Shown: positions 1 through 12,313, counted from the stretch's first letter. The stretch: 64,000 nucleotides of DNA from an uncultured Gemmatimonadales bacterium (GCA_963828735.1 CAWHFW010000004.1:192001-256000); one strand, 5' to 3'. Numbers and translations are program-made. The notes: generated from the sequence alone by a model not told the origin.

Positions 1-508
1 GGCCGGTGGCCACCGTCGGCAGATCCTGTCGGTCGACCTTGACCACGGCGATGTCGGTGAGCGGATCCTCGCCCAGCACCCGCGCGGTGAGGTCGGTGCC
101 GTCGGTCAGCGTGACCACCACCTTGGTCGCGTTCGCGACCACGTGCTGGTTGGTCACGATGATGCCGTTGGGCCGAATGACGAAACCCGTTCCGTAGCCC
201 TGCACGACGCGCGCGCCCTCGGGGACGAAGAAGAAATCCCATGGGGACCGCTGCGGTGCTTCGCGCGTGGAGGTGACGTTGACCGAGACCACCGCGCCCG
301 ACGCGCGCTCGACCGCGGCCACGAGCGCGGTGCGCCGCGACGTATTCGCTTGCGCGTCGGCGGCCGTCCGCGAGGCGACCTGGGCGGCGGCGGTGCTGAC
401 CGACGTCCGCGAAGACGACTGGTCGGGCGCGCGCCGGACCGCCGCCGATTCACCGCTCCGGCACGCGGCCACCGCGAGCAGCGCCAGGGCGACGGCGGGC
501 CTACGCAT
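1..508 (-). CDS. HtrA/DegP-family trypsin-like serine protease, probable lipoprotein (5' part; runs off the window)
   Basis: Manual translation from ATG 508: MRRPAVALALLAVAAC (lipobox)...GYGTGFVIRPNGIIVTNQHVV...DIAVVKV, matching the catalytic His/Asp motifs of HtrA. Confidence 0.9.
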   Translation of the reverse strand, partial: MRRPAVALALLAVAACRSGESAAVRRAPDQSSSRTSVSTAAAQVASRTAADAQANTSRRTALVAAVERASGAVVSVNVTSTREAPQRSPWDFFFVPEGARVVQGYGTGFVIRPNGIIVTNQHVVANATKVVVTLTDGTDLTARVLGEDPLTDIAVVKVDRQDLPTVATG

Positions 509-1343
509 CGCTCACCATCGCGTCGCGAGAGGAGGGCTCGTGCGTTCGGTGGGACAAGGGCTCGGCCGCGGCCTCCGGGCCGAGCACGTGATCGGCCGGG
601 TAGGTGGCCCTCACGAAATAGAGTCCCTGAGGCGGCGCCGGCGGGCTCGTGCGCTGATTGTCTCCCAGCTCGAGCAACATGTCGATATCGGAGACCGGCC
701 GCCGGCCCAGCCCGATGTCCACCATGGTGCCGACGAGCATCCGCACCATGTGGTGCAGGAATCGATCGGCCTCGACGTGGAAGCTCACGCCGCGGCCCTC
801 GCGGCGTTCGGTCCACTCCGCCACCGCGAGCCGGCAGCGGTAGTGCCGTTTGGCCTGTCCGCTGACGGCGAAGGCGCGGAAGTCGTGCTCACCGTGCAGA
901 AGCGTGGCCGCGGCGCGGAGTGACGGCAGCTCCAGGGGCCGCACGAGTGCCCATTCGAACGGGCGACGGAACGGCGAAGCCGCGGCGTCATCCATGCCGA
1001 TGTCATACCGGTACCGTCGGGTCAGCGCGCTCTTGCGGGCATGAAATCCGTCTTGCACGCGATCCACTCGCGCGACCCAGCAGTCCGGGGGCAGCAAGGC
1101 GTTGAGCGCACGGCGAAGGGCGGGTGGGGTCCACTGGTCGGGAGCGGCGAAGCTGACGGGAAGACCTTCCGCATGCACCCCGGCGTCGGTCCGACCGGCG
1201 GCGGAGGCGGCCGCGTGTGCTCCGAACAGGCGCTCGAGCACGCGCTCGAACTCGGCTTGGACCGAACGGCCGGCCGGTTGGCGCTGCCATCCGACAAACC
1301 CGGTGCCGTCGAAGTGCAGCGTGGCGAGAAAGGTCCGGCTCAT
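501..1343 (-). CDS. truA: tRNA pseudouridine(38-40) synthase
   Basis: FDGTGFVGWQRQ, AGRTDAGVHA and FLHHMVR motifs; start trimmed to ATG 1343. Confidence 0.97.
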   Translation of the reverse strand: MSRTFLATLHFDGTGFVGWQRQPAGRSVQAEFERVLERLFGAHAAASAAGRTDAGVHAEGLPVSFAAPDQWTPPALRRALNALLPPDCWVARVDRVQDGFHARKSALTRRYRYDIGMDDAAASPFRRPFEWALVRPLELPSLRAAATLLHGEHDFRAFAVSGQAKRHYRCRLAVAEWTERREGRGVSFHVEADRFLHHMVRMLVGTMVDIGLGRRPVSDIDMLLELGDNQRTSPPAPPQGLYFVRATYPADHVLGPEAAAEPLSHRTHEPSSRDAMVSDA

Positions 1344-1402
1344 CGGCCCGCAATCTAGCGGGGAAGGACCCCCCGGGCAAGCTGCGCAACTGCTTGTCGT
1401 GA

Positions 1403-1432
1403 TTGACAAAAGGACGCTTCCGCAGATACTCT
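1403..1432 (+). promoter_or_regulatory. Putative sigma70 promoter of trpD
   Basis: TTGACA at 1403-1408, then GATACT or TACTCT after a 16 or 18 bp spacer, in an AT-richer intergenic region. Confidence 0.55.
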
Positions 1433-1481
1433 TTTCGACACTTCCCACGCATGCCCGACGACGCTCCGACCGCGACCGCCC

Positions 1482-2543
1482 GTGACCCAGGACGCTCCGC
1501 TCCGCTACGCCATCGACCAGCTGTCCCAAGGCCTCCCGCTGACGGCCGAGGCGGCCGCGGAGGCATTCGGCGTGGTCATGCGTGGGGACGCGACACCGGT
1601 GCAGACCGCCGCGTTGCTCATGGGCCTACGGGCCAAGGGCGAGACGGCCGAGGAGCTCGCGGGCGCGGCGCATGCGCTGCGGTGCGCGATGGTGCGGGTG
1701 GAAGGCGCAGCCGGCGACGGGCTGGTCGATACGTGCGGCACGGGGGGCGGACGCGTGGGCACGCTCAACATCTCGACAGCGGCGGCATTCGTCGTCGCTG
1801 GGGCGGGCGTGCCGGTCGCCAAGCACGGCAACCGGAGCTTCACATCGCGCTCGGGCTCGGCGGACGTGCTCGAAGCGCTCGGCATCGACATCTCGATCGC
1901 GCCCGCCCGGGCCGCCGGCGTGCTCCGCGAGGCGGGACTCGTGTTCCTGTTCGCGCCGACCTATCACCCCGCGATGCGGCACGTCGGACCCGTGCGCAAG
2001 GAGCTCGGCGTCACGACCATCATGAACCTGCTGGGACCGCTCGCGAATCCGGCGGGCGTCCGGCGCCAGGTGATCGGGGTCGCGACGGCGGATCGCGCGC
2101 CGCTGGTTGCGGCGGCGGTTGCGCGCCTGGGCGCGGATCACGCGCTCGTCGTTCACGCCGCGGTGGGCATGGACGAGGTGAGTCCGTCCGGTACGACACG
2201 AGTCTGGGAGGTGCGCGACGGCAGCGTCACCGACTGGGAAGTCTCGCCGAACGCGCTCGGTCTCGACTGCGACGATCTCGATGCGCTTGCCGGCGGAACG
2301 CCGGAGGAGAACGCCCACCGCGTTGAACGGTTGCTCGGTGGGGAGGGCGCCCGGGTCGAGCGGTGCGCGGTGCTCCTGAACGCGGCCGCGGCGCTCTACG
2401 TGTCCGGACGGGGCTGGACGATGGTGGAAGCGGCGAAACGGGCGACCGAGTCACTCGAGAGCGCGGCGGCGGCGCGGGCCCTTGCCGCGTTGCGCGCCGC
2501 GGCTCCGGGGGGAAAATCGTCGCTGGCGAGCCGCCCGTCCTAG
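1482..2543 (+). CDS. trpD: Anthranilate phosphoribosyltransferase
   Basis: DTCGTGG, NISTAA and KHGNRS..SRSGSADVLEALG motifs. Confidence 0.97.
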   Translation: MTQDAPLRYAIDQLSQGLPLTAEAAAEAFGVVMRGDATPVQTAALLMGLRAKGETAEELAGAAHALRCAMVRVEGAAGDGLVDTCGTGGGRVGTLNISTAAAFVVAGAGVPVAKHGNRSFTSRSGSADVLEALGIDISIAPARAAGVLREAGLVFLFAPTYHPAMRHVGPVRKELGVTTIMNLLGPLANPAGVRRQVIGVATADRAPLVAAAVARLGADHALVVHAAVGMDEVSPSGTTRVWEVRDGSVTDWEVSPNALGLDCDDLDALAGGTPEENAHRVERLLGGEGARVERCAVLLNAAAALYVSGRGWTMVEAAKRATESLESAAAARALAALRAAAPGGKSSLASRPS

Positions 2544-2579
2544 GAGCACCCGACGGTGCACGGCCCGCCAGCGACGCGC

Positions 2580-3188
2580 TCAGTACTTGCGAATGACTCC
2601 GACCACGACGCCCTGAATGAGGACGTCCCGCTCCTGGAACCGCATCGGTTGCATGGTGGCGTTGGCCGGCTGCAGCCGGATCCAGCCACCGGCCTCCCGA
2701 TAGAACTTCTTGACTGTAGCCTCGCTGCCGTTGACGAGCGCGATGACCATTTCGCCGTTTTCGGCGGACTGCTTCCCGTGCACCACGACGACATCGCCGT
2801 CCATGATGTGCTCGTCGATCATGGACGTGCCCTGGACGCGGAGGGCGTAGTTGGGCCCGCGCCGCGGGAGCATCTGATCGGGCACGGCGATGGTTTCCTG
2901 ATGCATCAGCGATTCGATCGGTGTGCCCGCGGCGACCTTGCCCAGGAGCGGGATCTCGCTGGCGGCCGACGTGCCCCGCGGCGGGAGGACCTCGATGGAG
3001 CGACTCTCGTTGTACGAGCGGCGGATATATCCCTTCCGCTCGAGATTCGTCAGGTGCTCGTGCACCGTGGCGAGCGACTGAAAGCCGAACCGCTCCGCGA
3101 TCTCCTCGAAGCTGGGCGCGTAGCCCTGCTCATCGATGTGGTGCTGCAGGAACGTCAGGATTTCACTCTGTCGCTTGGTCAGGGGCAC
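2580..3188 (-). CDS. lexA: SOS repressor LexA
   Basis: LTKRQ..GYAPSFEEIA winged helix, VAAG cleavage site, GTSM (Ser) and TVKK (Lys); GTG 3188 preceded by GAGGAGGA RBS. Confidence 0.97.
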   Translation of the reverse strand: MPLTKRQSEILTFLQHHIDEQGYAPSFEEIAERFGFQSLATVHEHLTNLERKGYIRRSYNESRSIEVLPPRGTSAASEIPLLGKVAAGTPIESLMHQETIAVPDQMLPRRGPNYALRVQGTSMIDEHIMDGDVVVVHGKQSAENGEMVIALVNGSEATVKKFYREAGGWIRLQPANATMQPMRFQERDVLIQGVVVGVIRKY

Positions 3189-3213
3189 AATTTCCTCCTC
3201 GTGCGCGGTGCGA

Positions 3214-3260
3214 CCGAATAGAGCCCGAACAACAATACCCGAAGACTGGCCGAAGGACAA
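3214..3260 (-). promoter_or_regulatory. lexA sigma70 promoter (TTGTCC-N17-TATTGT) overlapped by two TTCGG-N6-TTCGG direct repeats (candidate LexA operators)
   Basis: -35 at 3255-3260 and -10 at 3232-3237; CCGAA on + strand at 3214, 3225, 3239 and 3250. Confidence 0.7.
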
Positions 3261-3261
3261 G

Positions 3262-4050
3262 ATGCCCGTAACGCTCGACCAGATCCTGAGCTCGACCCGC
3301 GACGGCCTGCCGGCGCTCCACGCCCGCCGGGCCGCGCTGGAGCGGGAAGCGGCCGACGCCCCCGTGCCGAGATCGTTCGCGGCGGCGCTCGCTCGTCAGA
3401 CTGTGGCCGTGATCGCGGAAGTGAAGCGGCGCTCGCCGTCAGCCGGAGCCATTCGCGAGGATCTCGATCCCGCGGATCGCGCCGAGCGGTACGCGCGCCA
3501 CGGGGCGGCGGCGATCTCGGTGCTCACGGATGCGCCGTATTTCGGTGGTTCGATGGGCGACCTCCGCGCGGCGGCGGCCCGGGCTCACGTACCGCTGCTC
3601 CGCAAGGACTTCGTCCTCGACGAGCTCCAGATACTCGAGGCGCGCGCGGCCGGCGCGTCGGCGGTCCTGCTCATCGTGCGCGCGCTGCCGCCAGCGCGAC
3701 TCGCGGCGCTTCTGGCGCAGGCGACGTCAGCCGGCCTCGACGCGCTGGTGGAGGTCCATACGCGGACGGAGCTGGACCAGGCGCTCAACGCGGGCGCGCG
3801 GATCCTCGGTGTGAACAGCCGCGACCTCGACACCTTCCGCATCGACACGGCCGCGGCCTGGGCGCTCCTCGGGTCCGTGCCCCCGGAGATCGTCGCGGTG
3901 GCGGAGAGCGGGATGGCCAGCGCGTCTGACGTCGAGGCCGCCGCGGCCTCGGGCGCCGATGCCGCCCTGATCGGGACCGCGCTCTCCGCGGCGGCCGATC
4001 CCGACGAGCTGCTCGAGCGCCTGAGCCGGATCACTCGCCATGGGCGCTGA
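3262..4050 (+). CDS. trpC: Indole-3-glycerol phosphate synthase
   Basis: IAEVKRRSPSAG, SVLTD..YFGG, LRKDF, GVNSRDL and AESG motifs. Confidence 0.97.
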   Translation: MPVTLDQILSSTRDGLPALHARRAALEREAADAPVPRSFAAALARQTVAVIAEVKRRSPSAGAIREDLDPADRAERYARHGAAAISVLTDAPYFGGSMGDLRAAAARAHVPLLRKDFVLDELQILEARAAGASAVLLIVRALPPARLAALLAQATSAGLDALVEVHTRTELDQALNAGARILGVNSRDLDTFRIDTAAAWALLGSVPPEIVAVAESGMASASDVEAAAASGADAALIGTALSAAADPDELLERLSRITRHGR

Positions 4051-4673
4051 GGGTGGCACGCAGGTCAAGATCTGCGGGCTCACGCGCCCCCGCGATGCGG
4101 CGGTCGCGGCGGGCGCCGGGGCGGCCTACCTGGGCGTCGTTTTTGCTGGTGGGCCACGGGTCGTCACCGTCGAGGGTGCGGCCGCCATCCGCGAGGCCGC
4201 CGACCGGGTCCCGGTCTTCGGAGTTTTCGGCGCCCAACCCATCGAGGAGATCCTGCGGATAAGCCGCCGGGCTGGGCTCGCCGGCGCACAGCTCCACGGC
4301 CCGTACCGACGGCAGGACGCCGTCCGTCTCCGAGCCGAGGGGCTGCTCGTCTGGCGGGTGGTGCGAATCGCCGCTCCGGCCGATCTCGACACGCTGTTCG
4401 AGGCTGCCCGGGACGCCGACGCTGTGCTGGTGGAGCCGCGGGTTCCGCACGCGGCAGGCGGAGCGGGCGTTTCGCTGGACCTCGCCGTGGCTCGCGAGGC
4501 CCGCTCTCGCCTGGCGGACTCGAGGATGGTGCTGGCGGGGGGGTTGGTGCCGGACACCGTCGGCGAAGCCGTGGCCCTCGTTCGACCCGAGGTGGTGGAT
4601 GTAAGTTCCGGGGTGGAGCACCTGCCGGGCATCAAGGACCCTGACAAAATCGCGCGCTTTCTGGAGGCGGTGA

Positions 4674-4696
<23 letters not shown>
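4040..4696 (+). CDS. trpF: Phosphoribosylanthranilate isomerase
   Basis: VKICGLT, QLHG, LAGGL and DVSSGVE..PGIKD motifs. Confidence 0.95.
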
Positions 4697-5872
<1,176 letters not shown>

Positions 5873-5876
<4 letters not shown>

Positions 5877-7567
5877 CCAGCGGCCCGCCGCCGACCGAGA
5901 TCCTCCCCGTCTCGCAGGTCGCCGAGCTCATCAACGGCCTGGTGAAGGCGCTCCGCGCCTATCACATGTACCTGCCCAACAATCCCATCTACCAGCGGGC
6001 GAGCGACAACCTGCGGATCGCGTTTCAACCGATCTGGGCGGTGCTCGACGAGCTGACCCTGACAGTGGCGGAGACCGACTTCGTCTGGGAGGAGCAGGTG
6101 GTGTACCACCAGCTCAACAAGACGGAGAGCGTCGCCTGGGGGCTGTTCAAGGACGGCATGCGCTCGCTGACGATCCGTCGCGGAGCGGAGCACGAGGAAC
6201 TGCCACGATTCCTCGAGACGATCAACCGGGCGCGCTTCCTCCCCGCGGATGCAGGCGACGATCTGCTGACCCTGCTGTGGGAGCAGGAGTTCGAGTTCAT
6301 CTCCTACAAGTTCATCGAGTTCTTCGGCGGAGACGGCGGGGTCCCGGAGCAGACGGGGACCTACACCACCGCCGGGGCCGATGCCCAGCAGGCGGCCAAC
6401 GATCGGCGCGCCGCCGCCGCCCAGGAGGCCCCGCCACGGCCCAAGGGCGTCGTCGACCTCGAGGAGTTCGATTCGACGCTCTACTTCCTCGAGGAGCGGG
6501 AGATCAATCAGGTGGCCGCGGCCGTCGAGGACGAATACCGTCGCGACGTGCGCTTCGCCGCGCTCAACGTCCTGTTCGACCTGTTCGAGCTCCAGGGCGA
6601 GGAGCCGATCCGCGGCGAGATTCTCGGCGCTCTCGAAGCGCTCTTCCCCAACTTCCTGAACGCCAGGGATTTTCGCACCGCCGCCACGGTACTGCGGGAG
6701 ACGCGCCTGCTGGGCCAGCGCGCGCCGGGGCTCGTGCCGGCGCACGTGGCAAGGCTGGACGGGTTCATCGCGAAGCTGAGCGAGCCGGCCATCGTGAGCC
6801 AGCTGGTCCAGTCGCTCGATGAAGCGCCGGCTCTCGCCGGCGAGGCCACGGTCGGGGAAGTGCTGCGGGAGCTCCGCGCCTCGGCGCTCGAGCCCATTCT
6901 GACCTGGATTCCGAACCTGTCCGCGCCGGCACTTCGGCAGGCGCTCGAGGGGGTCGCGGACCGGCTCGCGGAAGCCCACCCGGCGGAAGTGTTGCGTATC
7001 CTGCGCTCTCCCGAGTCCGAGGCGCTCGCGGCGGTGGTGGCCTTGTGCGGCCGCCTCCAGCTGGTGCAGACGGTGCCCGGACTTGGCGAGACCGTGGTGC
7101 ACAAGGACCCGGCCGTCCGCCTCGCCTCGGTGCAGGCGCTCGGCCAGCTCGGCACGCCGGCGGCGCTGGCGTTCATCGAGAAGGCGCTGGAGGACGGGGA
7201 CCGCGGCATTCGCCTGGCGGCGGTTCGGGCCGTCGGCGGGCGCGGCTACAAGGGGGCCCAGCGCCGGATCGAGGGCCTGGTGCTCGGGAAGGCCGTCGGC
7301 GAGATGGACCTGACGGAGAAGATGGCGTTCTTCGAGGCGTACGGCGCGATCGCCGGGGCCGCGGCGATCAAGCCGCTGACCGGCCTGCTGGCGCCGCGCG
7401 GGCTGCTCCGCATGAAGGAGGCCTCGGAGACGCGCGCGTGCGCCGCGATCGCCCTGGGGAAGATCCGGACCCCGGAGGCCCGTGAGGTGCTGCAGCGCGC
7501 CGCCGAGGACAAGGACCTCGTGGTCCGGAACGCCGTGAGCCGCGCGCTCCGGGACAGCGCGACGTGA
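5873..7567 (+). CDS. HEAT-repeat protein with uncharacterised N-terminal domain
   Basis: GTG overlaps the trpB stop; C-terminal HEAT/PBS-lyase repeats ([54 protein letters not shown]). Confidence 0.85.
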
Positions 7568-9021
7568 CCACGCCCGCTGAGCAGGCGTCCAGCACGGCGG
7601 CGGACGGCCGGCTCCGCCAGGGCGGTCGCGTCCTCCTGCTGGCCCTTTACACCGCGCTCCGCAGTCTCAAGCTGTACCCCGTCGAGAACACCACCGTGCA
7701 GAAGGCGCTGGACGACCTGGACACGTCGTCGCGCTCGCTGCTCGCCCAGGAGACCGATCTCGAGATCCGGCTCGCGGGCGACTTCATCTTCGTGAACGCC
7801 ACCCGCCTCCGACTCGAGCTCGACAACTACGCCTCGTTCAGCCACATCCTCGCCATGCTTCGCGCGTTCTCGATCGGCGGCCTTCGCGTGCACGCGACGG
7901 CCAACCGGCGCGAGTGGCAGATCCTCCTGAGCCTGCTGCTCAGTCTCTCGGAGCGGGGCGAGCCGGACGACCGGTTCGACGAGCTGGCCGAGCGGCTGGG
8001 CGGTGCGCAGGTCCAGGGGATCGGGATCGAGCGCGCCGTTCACCAGGAGGACGACCCGGACGCCGAGCAGGCGAAGGAGCAGGCCAAGCGCATCTACTCG
8101 CAGGGCGTGGCGGTCACCAAGGACGTCATCACCGGCGCGCGACTGGGCAGGGCCACCAGCGTCAAGCGGGTCAAGCGCGCCGTGCAGCTCATCGTGGACC
8201 AGGTGCTCAACAACGAGACGTCGCTCGTCGGACTGACCACCATTCGCGACTACGACGAGTACACGTTCACCCACTCGGTGAACGTCTGCATCTTCTCGGT
8301 GGCCCTCGGCAAGAAGCTCGGGTTCACCAAGCTCCAGCTCTACGACCTGGGCATGACGGCACTGCTGCACGACGTCGGCAAGGCGCGGGTGCCCGTGGAA
8401 ATCCTCAACAAGACCACCGGGCTCGACGAGCAGGAATGGCGGATCATGCAGGGCCATCCGTGGCTCGGCGCGCTCACGCTGTTCGCCATGCGCGCGCAGG
8501 ACGAGGTGCCGTACCGCTCGATCCTCGTGGCGCACGAGCACCACATGAAGACGGATCTGACGGGATATCCCAAGCACGTCCGCGACCGCTCGCTCGGCAT
8601 CTTCTCCCGCATCGTATCGGTGGCTGACGGCTTCGACGCCGCGACCACGCGGCGGAGCTATCAGACGATTCCGATCGAGCCCGACCAGGTGCTGCGCGAG
8701 ATGTGGCAGAACCCGAAGCGCGGCTACGACGGGATCCTCGTGAAGGCGCTCATCAATCTGATCGGCATCTACCCGGTCGGCACCTGCGTCATCCTCGACA
8801 CGTTCGAGGTGGCCCTCGTGGCCGCGCCGAACCCCGAAGGGCAGCAGCTCAACCGGCCGCTGGTGCGCATCGCGGTCGACGCGGACGGCGGCCTCGTGCC
8901 GCCGCCCGGCACGCTGGTCAGTCTGACGGAGCAGGACGACACGGGGGCGTTCCGCCGCTCGATCGTCAAGGTGACCAACCCGGACCGCTACGGGCTGACG
9001 GTTGGCGACTACTTTGTCTGA
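7564..9021 (+). CDS. HD-GYP domain protein (putative cyclic-dinucleotide phosphodiesterase)
   Basis: YTFTHSVNV, LLHDVGK, HEHH..DLTGYP, SRIVSVADGFDA and IGIYPVGT motifs. Confidence 0.92.
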   Translation: MTTPAEQASSTAADGRLRQGGRVLLLALYTALRSLKLYPVENTTVQKALDDLDTSSRSLLAQETDLEIRLAGDFIFVNATRLRLELDNYASFSHILAMLRAFSIGGLRVHATANRREWQILLSLLLSLSERGEPDDRFDELAERLGGAQVQGIGIERAVHQEDDPDAEQAKEQAKRIYSQGVAVTKDVITGARLGRATSVKRVKRAVQLIVDQVLNNETSLVGLTTIRDYDEYTFTHSVNVCIFSVALGKKLGFTKLQLYDLGMTALLHDVGKARVPVEILNKTTGLDEQEWRIMQGHPWLGALTLFAMRAQDEVPYRSILVAHEHHMKTDLTGYPKHVRDRSLGIFSRIVSVADGFDAATTRRSYQTIPIEPDQVLREMWQNPKRGYDGILVKALINLIGIYPVGTCVILDTFEVALVAAPNPEGQQLNRPLVRIAVDADGGLVPPPGTLVSLTEQDDTGAFRRSIVKVTNPDRYGLTVGDYFV

Positions 9022-9811
9022 GTCGCGGTTGGCGCCGGCGTGGTCGGGGCTCAAGGCCCGGGGCCGCACGGCACTGATCCCCTACCTGACCGCCGGCTAT
9101 CCCTCCACCGAGACGAGCCTCGACGCGCTCCGCGTGGCGGACGAGGTCGCGGACATCCTCGAGGTGGGTGTTCCCTTCAGCGATCCGCTGGCTGACGGGC
9201 CCACCATCCAGCGCTCCACGTTCGACGCGCTGCGCCAGGGCATGACGCTCGCCGGCACGCTGGCGCTGATCGAGCGGGCGCGCCTTCGGCGCCCGGTGGT
9301 GGTCTTCAGCTACGTCAATCCCATTCTCCGGTACGGCCTCGGGCGCTTCCTCCAGGATGCCGACGCGCTCGGGATCGCCGGCCTGCTGCTCACGGACCTG
9401 CCGGCCGGGAGCGATCCGCCGTTCGAATCGGCGGTCCAGGAAAGCTCCCTCGACCTGATCCGGCTCATCGCGCCCACCACGCGTCCCGACCGACTCGCGG
9501 CCGCGGTCGAGGGAGCGCAGGGCTTCGTCTATCTCGTCGCGCGCCTGGGCGTGACGGGCGCGACCGCTTCGCTGGCGGAGGGACTCGGGGCGTCCATCGC
9601 GCAGGTCCGCCACGCGACGCCGTTACCCGTCGCCGTGGGCTTCGGCATCTCCACGCCCGACCAGGCGCGCACCGTGGCGACACAGGCCGACGGCGTCGTG
9701 GTCGGCAGCGCGCTGGTCGATGCACTCGGCGCGCGCGGCGTGGACGCGGCCCGCGAGCTTCTCGTCGCCCTGCGGCAGGCGCTCGACGGCCCACCCGGGG
9801 GGACTCGATGA
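9002..9811 (+). CDS. trpA: Tryptophan synthase alpha chain
   Basis: [29 protein letters not shown] and DGVVVGSA motifs; start is TTG 9002 or 9014. Confidence 0.97.
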   Translation: MATTLSESRLAPAWSGLKARGRTALIPYLTAGYPSTETSLDALRVADEVADILEVGVPFSDPLADGPTIQRSTFDALRQGMTLAGTLALIERARLRRPVVVFSYVNPILRYGLGRFLQDADALGIAGLLLTDLPAGSDPPFESAVQESSLDLIRLIAPTTRPDRLAAAVEGAQGFVYLVARLGVTGATASLAEGLGASIAQVRHATPLPVAVGFGISTPDQARTVATQADGVVVGSALVDALGARGVDAARELLVALRQALDGPPGGTR

Positions 9812-11889
9812 GCGCCCGCGTGCAGCGGCTGGTGGACGGGTACGCCCGAGGGCTCGCGCTGGGCGGCGCGGGCGTTGCGTTGCTCTATCTGGCGGTCGAC
9901 CGAGACTGGGCGTCGCGTCCGGTCACCTCGCTCGTCATGGCCCTCGCCGTCTTCGCGCTGCGGGCCTCGCCGGTTCGACTCAGCAAGTATTCCTACCTTA
10001 CGCAGTCCGGCGTGGCGGCGCTCGTGGGCGCGGTGTCCGTCGGGACCGCGCCGGTCGTGCTCGCCCTGTGGCTCGGCGTCTTCACCTCCGACCTGCTCTG
10101 GCTCCGTAAGCTGCCCCGCGCGGGCGTGATCAATGCGGGCCGGGAGGTCCTCGCCTTCGCCGCGGCATACGGGCCCTACGCGGGGGTGCTCGCCCTGACC
10201 GGCCAGCCCGATCTCTCGCTCGATCTGCTGCCGGCCGTCACCATCCTCGTGTGCGGGTACTTCTTCGCGACGCGCGCGCTGTTCTACTTCACCCTCCTCC
10301 TGCGCGACAAGCTCGAGTACGCCGAGAAGATCCTGATCCTCCGGTGGGAAATCATCTCCTACCTGCTCACGGTGATCGCCTCGGTCGTGATCGTCGCCGC
10401 GCTTCGCGGGCTGTCGCCGGTCGGGTGGGTGGCCGTGGCGCTCGCGCTGGGCGTGCTCGGCGTGCTCACCCGGCGGATCCTCGAGGAGGCCATCGGCGCC
10501 GAAGACCTGAACAAGGTGCACCTGATGGAGACGGCGATCGCGAGCAACGCCACGCTGCAGGGCTCCTTCGATCAGATCGAGCGTCTCGCCTATCGGCTGC
10601 TCGACTGGGGCGATTTCCGGATCTACCGGGTCGTCGACGGCACGCCCTCGCTGGCCTATCGCGGCACGCTGGGGCGGCCGAACCGTGGCGAGCCGCCCCA
10701 AGGCGCGGCGCCGCTTCGCGCGCAGGCCATCGCGGAGAACCGGGTCGTCGAGGTGAAGGACGCGGGCTCGGATCCGCGCGTGCCCCTTCCGATGCTGGAG
10801 GTGGGCAGCCTGGTCATCCACCCGATCCGGTTCGGCGAGGAGCTGCTGGGAACGCTCGAGGTGGACCACCCCAAGCGTCATACCTACGGCTCGAAGGATC
10901 TCACGGCGCTCAGCACGCTCGGGACCCAGATCGCGACCGCGATCCACATCGCGGAGCTCCGCCGTCCGCTCCTCGGCACGGTCGAGCAGATCGGCCAGCA
11001 GGTGACCGCGCTGGCCCGGGTGACCGAGTCCCTGCGGGGGTCCGCCCTCGCGCTCGCCGAGGCGTCCCAAGGCATGCGGCAGGGCGTGGGCGAGCTCGAG
11101 TCGTTCGTCGCCGACGGGCTCCGGGCCACCGATTCGCTCGGCGCCGCGTCGCGGGTGATGGCCGACCAGGGTGCCCGGGCCGCGGACGCGAGCGGCACGG
11201 CGGTGGAGGTCGCCGCGCAGAACCGGGCGGTGATCGGCGAGGCGATCAGCCGGCTGGTGGGGCTCAACGCCTTCGTGTCCACGAGCGTGCAGCAGGTGGG
11301 CGCCCTCGGCGCCATGACGAGCCGGATCAAGGGCTTCATCGGCACCATCCGGGAAATCGCCGACCTCACCAATCTGATCGCCCTCAATGCCGCGATCGAA
11401 GCGGCCCGCGCGGGGGCGGAAGGCCGCGGCTTCGCCGTCGTGGCCGACGAAGTGCGCGAACTCGCCGCGCAAAGCCTGCACGCCGCCGGCGAGGCGCGCT
11501 CGCTGCTCGAGGAGATCACGACCCAGGTCGAAGCGGTCTCGGGGGAGATGGCGCGCGGGCGCGAGGCCGTGACGGGCGTGGAGGAGCTGAGCGCCGACGC
11601 GGCGAGCGCGCTCGATGCCATCGTGGGAACGACCGGCGAGGCGGAGAGCCACGCCCGCGCCATCGCCACCACGGCCGCCGAGCAGCTGCGCGCCGTGGAC
11701 GGCTTGACGGGGCAGATCCGTCGCGTCGCCGCGGGATCGGCCCGCACGCTCAGCGAGACCGAGACGCTCGCCCGCCGCGCGGCCGAGACCGCGGCAGGGC
11801 AGGCCGACCTCGAACGCGCCATCCGCGAGCTCGGGGAGGTGGCGTCCGATCTGCAGCGCATCGCGCAGCATTTCGTCGTGGAGACGTAG
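9808..11889 (+). CDS. Methyl-accepting chemotaxis-type receptor with multi-TM N-terminus and GAF domain
   Basis: Hydrophobic N-terminal ~220 aa, GAF-like segment ([19 protein letters not shown]) and signalling hairpin [33 protein letters not shown]. Confidence 0.9.
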   Translation: MSARVQRLVDGYARGLALGGAGVALLYLAVDRDWASRPVTSLVMALAVFALRASPVRLSKYSYLTQSGVAALVGAVSVGTAPVVLALWLGVFTSDLLWLRKLPRAGVINAGREVLAFAAAYGPYAGVLALTGQPDLSLDLLPAVTILVCGYFFATRALFYFTLLLRDKLEYAEKILILRWEIISYLLTVIASVVIVAALRGLSPVGWVAVALALGVLGVLTRRILEEAIGAEDLNKVHLMETAIASNATLQGSFDQIERLAYRLLDWGDFRIYRVVDGTPSLAYRGTLGRPNRGEPPQGAAPLRAQAIAENRVVEVKDAGSDPRVPLPMLEVGSLVIHPIRFGEELLGTLEVDHPKRHTYGSKDLTALSTLGTQIATAIHIAELRRPLLGTVEQIGQQVTALARVTESLRGSALALAEASQGMRQGVGELESFVADGLRATDSLGAASRVMADQGARAADASGTAVEVAAQNRAVIGEAISRLVGLNAFVSTSVQQVGALGAMTSRIKGFIGTIREIADLTNLIALNAAIEAARAGAEGRGFAVVADEVRELAAQSLHAAGEARSLLEEITTQVEAVSGEMARGREAVTGVEELSADAASALDAIVGTTGEAESHARAIATTAAEQLRAVDGLTGQIRRVAAGSARTLSETETLARRAAETAAGQADLERAIRELGEVASDLQRIAQHFVVET

Positions 11890-11890
11890 T

Positions 11891-12313
11891 GTGACGCCTG
11901 CGGTCGAGGCCGCCTACGTGGCGCTCGGCAGCAATCTGGGAGACCGCGCCGGCCACCTCGCGGCCGCGCGTGCCGCCCTCGGCGCCTTGCCGGACACCCG
12001 GCTGGTGGCCGCCTCGACCGTCGAGGAAACCGCGCCGCTGGCCGGAAAAGAGCAGCCGCCGTACCTCAATCAGATGGTGTTGCTCGCGACCGGCCTGGCC
12101 CCCAGGGCGCTGCTCCAGGCATGCCAGGCCATCGAGCGCGCCGAGGGGCGCGTCCGGGCGGAGCACTGGGGGTCGCGCACCCTCGACCTGGACATCGTCC
12201 GCTTCGGCCAGCGGCGCGTGGCGGAGCCCGACCTTATCATTCCCCATCCCGAGCTGGCCAACCGCGACTTCTGGCAGCGAGAGCTGGCGGAGCTCAAGGC
12301 CCATGAACGCTGA
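11891..12313 (+). CDS. folK: 2-amino-4-hydroxy-6-hydroxymethyldihydropteridine diphosphokinase
   Basis: AYVALGSNLGD, WGSRTLDLDI and IIPHP motifs. Confidence 0.96.
   Translation: MTPAVEAAYVALGSNLGDRAGHLAAARAALGALPDTRLVAASTVEETAPLAGKEQPPYLNQMVLLATGLAPRALLQACQAIERAEGRVRAEHWGSRTLDLDIVRFGQRRVAEPDLIIPHPELANRDFWQRELAELKAHER

Noticed and set aside
1435..1500. trp attenuator or leader peptide upstream of trpD
   Set aside because: The ATG at 1451 opens a frame with no early Trp codons, and no terminator/antiterminator pair is visible
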